Positions 27,601 to 38,339 of a DNA stretch of 64,000 nucleotides are shown one piece after another (position 1 is the stretch's first letter; every line of letters starts with the position of its first letter). Location of the stretch: NCBI GenBank assembly GCA_016748015.1, contig JAAOMT010000553.1, positions 62,001 to 126,000 of the forward strand. The letters run 5' to 3'. Both the position numbers and the translations under genes were made by a program. The notes beneath the pieces are model-generated. The model saw only the letters and a list, made by a program, of their open reading frames with translations, was not told the DNA's origin and ran no database searches. This DNA is from Geosiphon pyriformis uo1. Taxonomy: Eukaryota > Fungi > Glomeromycota.

Positions 27601-28234
27601 AATTCATCATTAGTGACTGTGGCTAGAGGTATGTTGCTTATGAGTGGTTGTGTTTGGTTGGTTTCTATGTTATTGGATAAGGCATCTTCTGGGATAACCA
27701 GAAAACTTAAATAGTGTTGGAAATTCAGTTTTTGAGTGAACTTGGTTCTCAAACTCTGCTGCTGTAATCCTGATGGTTAGTTGGAAGAACTGGAGATTAA
27801 TTAGTGGATAACCATCACCAATCTCCAGTTTTGGGCAACCCTTGATCTGGGATTTTCTGATGTTATCTGAGCTGAGTTTGGTGGCAGTATTGAGATTGCT
27901 GGTGCCTGATAGATTATTTGTGGCTGCAGTGGTTGATAGATTATGGATGTTGCCAGTTGATATATTGGAGGTGAGTATAATTGCTGTATCATTGATGCTT
28001 GATACATTGGTTAAGTCATTTAAGCATAATGTGGTTAATATTGGTAAGATTCTTGTGATTGATTACTGACATAATTCTGAGTTTGGATTCAGTAATCAGA
28101 GTTTTGATACTAATGGCCTGATTGTTGTTCACTTAATCATTTATGGCATTCAAATTGTAAATGTCTTTGTTTACCACAATAGTAGTATGCACATGTTTCC
28201 TGCTGTCACTGTTGATTGGTTGAGGATAATGCAG

Positions 28235-29208
28235 TGTTACCAGAGGTTTTTGGTCTCTTTTCTTGAATGTTGTTAATGTTAATTTGCTGTGAATTCATGT
28301 TTTCAGAAAGTAGTTGGATCTCCAGTAATTGAATTTATCTTCAAATTATCTTCTATAATTTGAACTGCTGGACTTATAAGTGGAATGACCAATTCCTTGC
28401 CAGTTATTTTATGTAGTTATGTTGTAATAAATGTTAACTCTTTCCCAGGAATTGCTCATCTAAAAGCCCACTAAAAATGTGTAGTTATTTTGCTATAAAA
28501 GTCAACTCTTTTTCAAAAATCTTGTCTGTAAAATACCCTAATGATTATGATAATAAAAGAACAGAAAAATAAAAGAAATGTAAAAGAAATAAAATTCTGT
28601 TAAGAGAAACATTTTCTATTCAGGCCTAGAGTTACTAACAGTTTATTGAAATTGGTAGCTAATCAATTTCAAAATGTTAGTTGTGTTGAAGGAATTTCAA
28701 GTGTAATAATTTTAAGGATTTGTTTTTCAAATACTTTTAATTTTTATTTGAATGTATAAAAGGTGATTTGTTTCAATTAAGATATCTAAAGTAGAATGCT
28801 ATGGTAAAATACTATAAGAAAATACATTTTTTTAAAGAGAGAAGCTTTTTTTTTATACAACTTGCTGTAGTACTAGTCTTTGAACTTGCACTTTTCTTTT
28901 TGCTACAATTTGGGTAAACTAAAGATACATTTCAGCAAACTACAAGTTATTTCATTAAACTATTGATTATTTCGGCCAATTTTTATTAATTTTAGCAAAT
29001 TTTGACTATGTTAAATAGTTCAGGATATTGTGTAATTTGATTATCTTAATTTTTATGATACAAATTAAATTATTGATTGAGTAATGATATTTAATAATTT
29101 GATTAAATAATAAGTAATATTCAAGATAATAATAATATATGTTAATTAATAATAGGAATTATGAGAGTAATTTTATGCTAATTAATAGCTAAAATTCTAT
29201 TAGTAACA
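28235..29208 (-). repeat. Solo LTR of family A (974 bp) inserted in gag of family B copy 3
   Basis: Reverse-complement homologue of 5642-6621. TSD GCAG/GCAA. Confidence 0.93.
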
Positions 29209-30624
29209 GCAAAATGCGACTAATTTTGAAAGCAATTTCTGTTTTTCTGATTGTTGCATTATTATAAAGGTTGATAAATGGCTTGATTGTTGTTAGCTAA
29301 ATATCTCTCTAATTTCTGATTAATTGAGTCACTAAATTGCTTCAACTTGGAATCCAAGTTAGATGATTTGTTCATTACTAGGTTTATGGCTTGGGTGTAA
29401 TTGGCTTTGAGTTCAGCTCCTTCAAAATCTCTGGCATTTGTAATGGTAGCTTGAAGGTCTACTGAATGCAATGAATGTATGCATTCAAAAATGCTACTGC
29501 ACAGGCCTCTAATGAATTGGTTTAGAATTTGTGACACTGTGAAATAATCAGCCTGTATTGTCTGAATTTGGCATAGATTTCTATAGAAGCATCTCAAGTA
29601 AGTAGTGATTGCTTCAGTTTCTCCTTGTTTAATAGTGGTAAATGTATTAGCCAAGTGATTAATACTGTTGTTATTGCTAAAATATTTTAGAAATTCTAGC
29701 TTGAATGTATCGAAAGTTTGGGGTTTCTGGACCAAATTCTGATATCAAGAGTTAACAGTATCTTAAAGAAAATATGAAATGACTTGAAAGGCTTTTGTGT
29801 TATTCTATCTATTAGCTATAATGGCTTTTTCAATATCATTAAGTCATATTTGAGCATTATTCTCTTTACCCATGCACTTTTTGAGTTTTGCTATTGGGGT
29901 GTAGACTATTGTATCCAAGTTTGGTTATTGTTGTTGTGGTTGAAGTGGTAACTGAATTTAAGATTGTGACAGTGGTTGTTGTTGTGTGGCAACTAGTAGT
30001 GGGTTGATGACAATTACTGGAAGTAAGTGTTGTTGATTATTAATGTTGGAGTTTGAATCATTCTAATTTTGCTGATTATTGGGATTGAGATTGTTCTGAT
30101 TTTCCTGAGTTTGAATATTCAGAGTTTTAATTTCCAGGTTTTCTACAATCAGATTCTGGTAATTAAATTCTTAATTGTCATCTTCTTTTTCTTCTGATTT
30201 GGTTATCTTCTAAAGACTTGCAGTTCCAAAATCTGGTTGAGGTGGTGGTAATCAAAATTCTGATAGTATTGAAAATTATGATTTGAATCCTTCAAAGTAA
30301 TCACTGTAGGTTTTCAATAATTCTGCTTTCTTTTATTTACTTTGAAATGAGAGTTGTCCAAATGTTGATGTTGTGTTTGATGTGGACATGTCTGCTAATA
30401 TAATATTGATAGTACTTTTGGGTGTGTGATAATATAATAGATATAGTAGAGATTCAATTTTTTGTTTCTTTTATATTAGTAATTGTATTTTTTTTGAAGT
30501 TATTGCTGATGTTTGTAGCTTTCCTTTACTCTTATCTGCATAGATAATGGGAAATTGTTGCTGAGTGTATCTTTTAATTTCTTGATTAATTTCTCTAATA
30601 ATTGGTGCAAATTTTGGGCTTATA

Positions 30625-33300
30625 AAAAGATATATTGTATATAATAGTCTGAATCAAAAAGAAGTTTTTTTGCCACTACTATAGAAAATTTTCTACAATT
30701 TTTTGTTTTATAAGAATAAAAAGCATAACTATTTATATGACTATAAATTAGATTCAAAGTTTTTTACAAAAACTAACAAACAGAATTCTAAGAGTAATAT
30801 GACTTTTTTTCTGGCAATTAGAGTTTTTATGAATAATACAATCTAGTTTAAGAATAACATAACAGTTATTCAACATATTTTAAACATTATTAGTGAATTT
30901 TTTCAGATCAATAACATTTTAATTAACTTAAAAAAAACAGTTGCTATATCTATTAGTCAAAAAACAAAAACTTTATGTTTATTAATAGGTAGATTAAATA
31001 TTTTAATAACTAAAAAATATGTGTTTTATAGATACTTAAGCATTTTTTTGTTTACAGATGGTTTTTTTAAGTCAAATCTGGTCAAAACTTATTTAGACAT
31101 CAAGTTTTTTATGAATTTAGTTTTGAGAAAAACTGTTTTTAATAAACAATTTTTGTACTTAATGTTTGTTATTCTATAGTTTATAATTAGTTACAGATTG
31201 TAATTTAGTTATATGTCAATAAGTATATATAAAAAATATAACAAAATATTAAGAAAAGAGTTAAAACTCAAGACCAATTTACTTAAAGACTTTTTTAATA
31301 AAGCCATTTTCTATTTTAAATTATATGGTTTTAAAACATTTAAACAAATACAGACCAAAAATTTGCTGACTAATTTGGTGGTTTTTGTCAATTCAGAAAA
31401 AATTTTTGGCAAATTATTTGAATACAAAGCTATAAATCTGCAAAATATTAGTTAGATGTTTTAATACTTTTTTAGTTTTTGATTAAATTGTTGATTAATT
31501 TCATAAATTGTTTTTTAACAAATATAACCAACACTTTGGTATTATATAAATTGTTTTTGAATAATAATCTACTTAATGTTTTTTAAACTAATAGTAGTGT
31601 TATTGTTACAAATATCTTGAATTTAAAATATTATTTGAATATAGTAAGTTTATTAAAAAGATTTGATATCATTTTTGTAAACCAACTTTTGGATTGTTAA
31701 GATACATGCTTTACATAACATATATTTTACAAATAGAAAAGACTAAATTTTAAGGATTCAGTTTTTGGTTAGTTTATTTTACTTGTTAATTTTATTAAGA
31801 TTGATAGTATAGTCAACAATAGTTTTTTGGTTTTTTATCTTATTTTTAGTGATTACTTGTATAACTTTGGTTTTATTAATAAGTATTTTATAAAAAATAA
31901 GTTTAACAATATAGTTGTTTATACAAATAAATTGGTAAAAAATTTGGAATCTATAAGTACTTATAATAATACTACTGTCTATTTTTTAAACATTAATGTG
32001 AATATAAAAATTAAGATATATGGCTTGCTCTTTTCAATTTTAGTAAAACTGCAAACTATTGTTCTTGTTTTAGAATATGTTTTTGTGTTTAGCTCAATTA
32101 TATTGTTTATAAATAACCAAATAATATTAAATATATATAAGTTAATTAAAAAAAATATCAGTCTTAATTTTTGTAATAAATACTGAATAAAAAAAGAATA
32201 TATTTATTAGACTATTATGTCTAGACATTTGTTAATTGATTAAAACAAAATCAAAAATTATTCCAAAGTTGTTGGCAATAAGCATACAGATTTTTTTGCC
32301 AATACTATTACTATGTCTAATTTTATGTTATCTGTTAAGATACTATATTACTTTTTTGTTATTAAAAACAGATCTGTTTCTGAAAATATTTATTATTTTA
32401 TTAGATATTTGTTTAAGACTATTAATTTTGTTAATTGAAAATTCAAATATACTAATAATGCTGTAAATAAAACTTTTTACAACTTTTTTAATATATATAA
32501 AATCTTTAAAATATAGCATTCTAATAATTGAGTTTATCCTGGCTTTATCAGTTTTATATTTACAGTATTTTGGTTTTATTTTATAAAGGCACTGTATTAT
32601 CACTTATTTATAATTAAAAAAAGAGATTATATAACTTAAATTATCTTAGTGTATTGTGTATTTAATGTAGATTAATTAAAAACTTTAATTATATATTTTT
32701 ATATATTTACAATAATTGTGCCAGAAAAAAACTAATTTTGAATACTATTTGAAAATAAACTGTTTTGCTAGATGTTAGTATTATTAATTATAAAATGATC
32801 TAAACTTTATATAAGACTGAGTCTTCTAATTATTTATATATATTATTGACTAAAAGTTTATAATAAAAAAATAAATGGCTAATATAATACATTTGTTGAG
32901 TATTGAATTTAATAGTAGTTTATTGGTTATTAATTTGGTCTAGAGTTTTGCTGAAAATTACAGATTTGTCATATAGTTACTGACTACTAAACTGAAAGTA
33001 TATTATAAAAAATATAATTTTCTGTTATGTAATAGATCTGTAATTCCGACCATTTCTGACTTGTTATTTTTGTAATTTCTTAAAATAATTCATGATTTTG
33101 GCATTAAATTGGATATGTATATTTGCTTTGGATTGTATTTTTGTTTGATCAATATATATTTGGGTTTTTTGTATAACTTTTCTGTAATAGATAATTTAAG
33201 TATATAATACTGTCTTGATTGACTTAAGTGACTAGTTATATGTAAAAAAACATAAATCATACTTAATATAAAATCTTATATGATTATATATTTTTAAGTA
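30625..33300 (+). mobile_element. Heavily mutated LINE fragment (RT C-terminal half, RNase H, 3' end)
   Basis: Collinear with the LINE at 38340-43066 from the YCVHDGLDQGEVFSPLLWRIFYD region onward, with AT-shifted codons. Boundaries are approximate. Confidence 0.85.
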
Positions 33301-34080
33301 ATAGTTAAACTGTATTTATAAAATAATAATAATTAAAAAATCAAAAAATTAACAATTAAAAACTAATTACTACTTAAATTTTCAAATATTAATAATAATT
33401 AATTAGCAAAATTAAAAATTATTCTAATTTAAAAACTTTAATTTATTTTTATAATTGAATAAAAAAACGTATTATTAAAAAATATTCTAATTTAATAACT
33501 AAATACTTTTTTAATATTAATAATTATATTTTGTTTAAGAAAATTAATCTCTTAAAAAAGAATTTATTAAGCTAAAAAAACCTCAAAAACAAAGCCTTTC
33601 TACTTTTACAAAACAAAAATAATTACAGTTCTGTCTTAAAATCAATGAATAAAATATTAAAAATTAAACTAAAACTTTTAAATTTTAATATTAAATGACA
33701 AATTATCAAGTTATAAAATCAAGTCTGTAAAAAGATATCATAAAATTTAACGAAAAAATAAAGCAAAAAATGTATAATGGTCATAAACAACAATTTTTTG
33801 GAATTAATTATTAAAGCCAAAAAAGCTTTTGAAAGCAAAAACTTGGCAGAATTAGTAAAAGTTTTAAAAAAAATAGAAATATTACAACATTAGTGTTTAT
33901 GCTAATAATCAAATAACAATTAATAACATAATCAGCAATTAGGAAATAATAAGAATAAGCCATTAAATTATCCTCTTATTTTTGTATTTTTAGCAAGTGT
34001 TAAGTTTATTGTTAGTAAGAAAACTGGCTTTTAGAAAGAAAAACCAAAATTTAACTGCTTCTCTTAATGTTATGACCCAG

Positions 34081-34226
34081 TGACGTCACAAATCCACTTT
34101 GTCTGTTTTGTTGCAAATAACAATTTTGAATTTTTAGTACAACTTTTTGATGAATAATAATCAAGACGCGAATGGCATGAGACTATTGATCTTTCTTATT
34201 GGTCAATTTAAGTGACTCCAACGCGT
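34081..34226 (+). promoter_or_regulatory. Putative NSE2 promoter motifs: CRE/ATF palindrome TGACGTCA (34081), MCB-like ACGCGAA (34166) and MCB ACGCGT (34221)
   Basis: CpG-containing motifs clustered within 200 bp of the ATG, directly after CpG-depleted DNA. MCB boxes are typical of fungal G1/S and DNA-repair genes. Confidence 0.45.
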
Positions 34227-34274
34227 GTAAATTATTGAGATCATGGTTTCATATCTCGAAAAGAATTTTCTACT

Positions 34275-35494
34275 ATGTCCGGAACGCCAAGCGGAAGCTC
34301 TTCTGCAATAATAACAGTACAAACTCCTTCAAGTATTAAATTGCTACATGATCCCAATAAATTCAATACCTTAATACCGGATTTTGCTGTAGCTTTGAGC
34401 TTTATTCAGCGGGGCATCACCTTTGCTACTGATGCCGCGGTTGACATGGAAGAGGCTGAAGAAAAGGTTTTCCTTCTATCTCTTCTCAAAACAGCAACAT
34501 GTTTGAACCCCACCCCCCCCCCAATTGCAGCACAGTCCCTACCCCTCTAACTTAAGTTTTTCATAGACAGATTCACTAGAAGCGGCTACTCAATACTTAA
34601 TTGACCTTGAAAATCAGCTCAAAGTTCAAAAAAATGTTTTGGAAAGTATGCGATCACGGTTAGCCAGGAGAGAGCCTATTGTAAGTATAATTTACATTGT
34701 AATTTTAAAGCAAAAAGTAATAACTTTGTTTTATTTTTATTCAGCCCAATCTTTTGGATTGTTACGAGAAGGAGACAGCCCAAAAAATTCAAGAATCACA
34801 GACAATCCCATTTCGATATGAACAACATCCTGGCTATAACGAATTCAGACAAAAAATATGGGTAATTAATGTTTGATTATTTTTCTATGCATTGAATCTT
34901 TTTATTAATTTCATTTTATTTTGAAGGAAGTAAAAAATCCTGGCGCACCTATGCCACAAACTAGCAATCTAGACGATGATGAGATTGTAGTATCCACCGC
35001 TAAACAATCCTTGCTATGTCCCATCACTACGATGCTTTTTGAAGATCCTGTAACTAGGTTTGAAAATGAGGTTTATTATTTAAACCTTTTGTGTTCCTTT
35101 TTTCTAAACCTAATTTTTAAATTTCATTTTCAGCTTAAAATGTCGCCACAGCTTTTCAAAAAATGCTATTCTCGCCCACCTGAGCAGTGCTGGAGGGCAA
35201 GCGAGATGTCCTGAACCAGGTATGTAACCTTATATATGATCTCTACGCACAATTGTTCAAGCTCATACTCTCGACTTAGTTAGCACTATACTTTTTTGTA
35301 TTCTTAGGTTGTGACAAGCTTATCACCGAAAGTGATCTGAAGCTTGATAAATCTTTGGCACGTAAAGTCGCTATGTACAGAGCACAACCGGAGAGTGATG
35401 AGGATGAGGTAATTCAATGTTCCAATAACTTCACCAATTTCCGCCTCAATTATTTTATTAACTCAAATTTTCATAGTACACAAATGTGGATTAA
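34275..35494 (+). CDS. NSE2: E3 SUMO ligase NSE2/MMS21 (SMC5/6 subunit), 252 aa, 7 exons: 34275-34466, 34567-34680, 34745-34861, 34927-35057, 35134-35219, 35308-35408, 35477-35494
   Basis: All introns are GT-AG and the 759-nt CDS stays in frame. DDDEIVV is followed by the SP-RING SLLCPIT..FEDPVTSLKCRHSFSKNAI..RCPEPGC; YNEFRQKIW motif. Confidence 0.88.
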
Positions 35495-35680
35495 GATCTG
35501 ACTTGATCTGATAAGACCAATATTTTTGTTAAAGGATTTAAGACGGAGACGATTGTGGTGTGTATAATTACTTGTGATTTGTATAATATTTCCAAATAAA
35601 TTAAAAGGCAAAAAGCTTTGGCTTTCATTAATTCAAACCACGCAATATACAAAAAATCGGAATTCATTCTTTTGGATGCC

Positions 35681-37911
35681 TTATGAACCGGAATATAGCT
35701 GTCTGCATTCCTCATCTGTATATCCTAAGAGGTATAAAACATACTTAAGGCTGGGCTGATTTATTCGTGTTCGCGCCTTATTATATCGATCAAAGTTTCT
35801 TAGTAAATAAGTATTTGAACCTCATTACCAAGGAATGTGGATTTGTTACCTTTTCTTGAACGCGTGGCTTCGCGTTGAACGCGATCCCCAAACCTGCCTT
35901 TGCGAGCATATATAAATCGTTTGCCCCATCTCCTATAGCGATTACTTGATCAAGCGTTACGCTTTCAGCTTGTGCAATTACCTCCAAAAGTTCCGCCTTG
36001 CGTTCTCCATCTACTATTGGCCCTACAGTTTCACCCATGAGGGTGAGGCCGTCCGAAGATACTTTCAACTAAGCATCCATTCTTTAATTCTATCATTTTA
36101 TGAAAAACGTGAAAATAAATAATTTTTAAAAATTTTCTCACTTGATTGGCGAACGCGTAATCCAATCCGAGCTCATGCTTAACAAATTGAGCAAGTGGAG
36201 TAAAACCACCTAATAGAAATAGATGAGTTATTGAGAAGCTTGCCAGTCTTCCAAAAACCTTAAATATACTCGCCAGAGATAACTGCTAACTTGAAACCAA
36301 TCTTTTTCAATGCCCGGCATAAAAAGTGTGCCCCTTCGGTAAAATTAAGATTTTCTTTGACAGTCGATAAAACATTTACCGGTGTTCCCTTCAAAAGAGC
36401 CACGCGACGTTTCAAGGATTCCTTAAAGTCAATTTCCCCATTCATAGCGGATTCTGTAATTTTCTGGATATAGAGCAGGAGATCAATCATTTGAAAGCGA
36501 CAAATACTTCACGGAATTATGTTGAAGAGAAACGTACCGCAACTTCATCAACAACTCCGGCCATCCTAGCAATTTCATCGATCACCTCCTGTTGAATTAA
36601 GGTAGAGTCCATATCAAAGACTACCAATCTTTTATGCCTTCTAAATACATCATAAGGCTGAAGGGCAACATCCGTTCCGTGACTGGTGCTAAATTGAAAT
36701 AATTGATGCCGCAATTTTTCAATGTTTGTTCCTAAAGGAACGGAAAGCTTATAATCAGCGCAAGAGACTTTGCCCTCATTCAATCTCTGCATTTTCTCTA
36801 CAGATATTTTTGCATCAAGCAAGATTTTTGTCCATTCGTCAAGAAATTTGGCTGTGAGCCCGTTCTGATTAAGTACTGTGGCTGCATATTTAGTACGATT
36901 TTGATAAGGAGCATCCTCAATTGATTGCGCAATTTGTGTTTCAACGTCATGTAAATCAAAGGCGAGAGTACCATCCCACTTACGGGCCGCCTCGGCGAGG
37001 TCACGAAATAACTCAACACTATCAAATTTTAAGTTGATAAGAACTCCAAAAGTGACATTGTGATAAAGACGCGACAACATAAAATCCTCAATATCACAAT
37101 CATGTGCCGCTACGCATTCCAAAACACAACCGATAATGTCAGTTCCATGCCGCCCTGTTAAAGAGACCAATATTTTTTGATTTGGAAGCAAAGTCGTAGG
37201 CGGAAATAAATTTTGATTATGAGATGGGGGAAAGTCTAATCGTAAGAATGGCCTTTCGATTTTGTTCAGGGGACGTTCACCGGAGTTGCACTGAACGTTT
37301 CCAATCAAATGATCCACTAAACTTTTTTTTAAAGATGAAAGCTCCTCAGATTTGACGAAGGAAAGAGAAGAAGCACGATACAAATATGGAGCACTAATAT
37401 TAAGTCCCGAATGTTTATCATGCTTTTTCAATATTTTTGTTAACCCAGTATAGTTCAGAAAAATGAATTTTTCTAATTTAATGATAGATTGAAGCAAATC
37501 GGAAACCTCATTTTCTTCAGTTTGTATGGTATTTATAGATCTTTGATAGGTACAGATGAGCTCAGCTGAGTATTCTGTAAAAAAATCGGATACCTTTTGA
37601 ACTTCAAAGTCTAACAGCTCCAAAAATTCAGTGACTTTCACTTGAAGTAAAGCTAAGCGTGATAGAACTAGTTGAGGGAAACTAGGTTGATCAGCAGCCG
37701 GTTTCCAAGAGAGCAAAGGTGCGCTATCGGAAATTTTAGCAATTCTTCGTTCATCGTCGGTCATGCGAGACGAAAATTTGGTTAAATTCAAAGGCCCGGA
37801 AGAAATGTGGTGTTTAATATAGAGTTTCAGAGTTTTATAATCAATGCACTGTTCCTGCCATGTTGTGGGTAGAAGTGCCTTCCTTTCTTCGAGATATTTA
37901 CCGAACTTCAT
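35681..37911 (-). CDS. SPX-ACT-ACT-phosphoserine phosphatase (SerB-type HAD) fusion, 648 aa, 5 exons: 37911-36538, 36463-36274, 36209-36142, 36068-35850, 35776-35681
   Basis: SPX hallmarks MKFGK, IDYKTLK and LNYTGLTKILKKHDKH; ACT-like ILVSLTGRHGTDII; HAD motifs FDMDSTLIQQEVIDE, ISGGF and GDGANDL..AGLGIAFNAKP. The 1947-nt spliced CDS is in frame. Confidence 0.92.
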
Positions 37912-38103
37912 TGCGGTACAAGAAACAGGATTAATAAATTTTGATGCCAAAAATTTCGAACAAATAAAAACGCGTCGATTATCTGGTGAATGTGGATAGC
38001 GAATTTCATTGGTAGGATATTTATTTTTCAATTTTTAGCTTTTTACAAATGTTGAATTGAATCTTATATATTACTGTGTAGCACAATATTTAAAAACTTA
38101 ACA

Positions 38104-38135
<32 letters not shown>
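38104..38135. repeat. (ATT)n microsatellite
   Basis: About 10 perfect trinucleotide units. Confidence 0.9.
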
Positions 38136-38339
38136 GATAATTTATGTTTTTATAACTTAAATAGAAAAAAAACAAAATAAATAAGAAAAAAAGCAAAAAT
38201 AAAAAATAAAAAAAACTAAAATCAAATACCAAAACATTTTTATTTAAATTAATACAAATTAAATTAAGTTAAATATAAATATAATTAATTAATTAATTTA
38301 ATTAATTTAATTTAGTTTAACTTGATTTTATTTTTATTT

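Larger units (their letters stand above)
20890..30625 (-). mobile_element. Family B Ty3/Gypsy copy 3 (3' LTR, ORF3 relic, IN, RH, RT, dUTPase, PR, gag); 5' LTR missing
   Basis: 3' LTR at 20890-21676 with adjacent PPT; IN around 22400-23700; RT/RH around 23750-25000; dUTPase 25518-26045; PR around 27130-27520; gag 29262-30620. The end point at 30625 is approximate. Confidence 0.9.

Noticed and set aside
33300-34050. AT-rich tract upstream of NSE2
   Set aside because: Probably an eroded repeat, but I could not assign any homology.
37912-38031. 40-aa N-terminal extension of the 504-aa ORF
   Set aside because: It starts at TTG. SPX proteins begin at MKFGK (ATG 37911).
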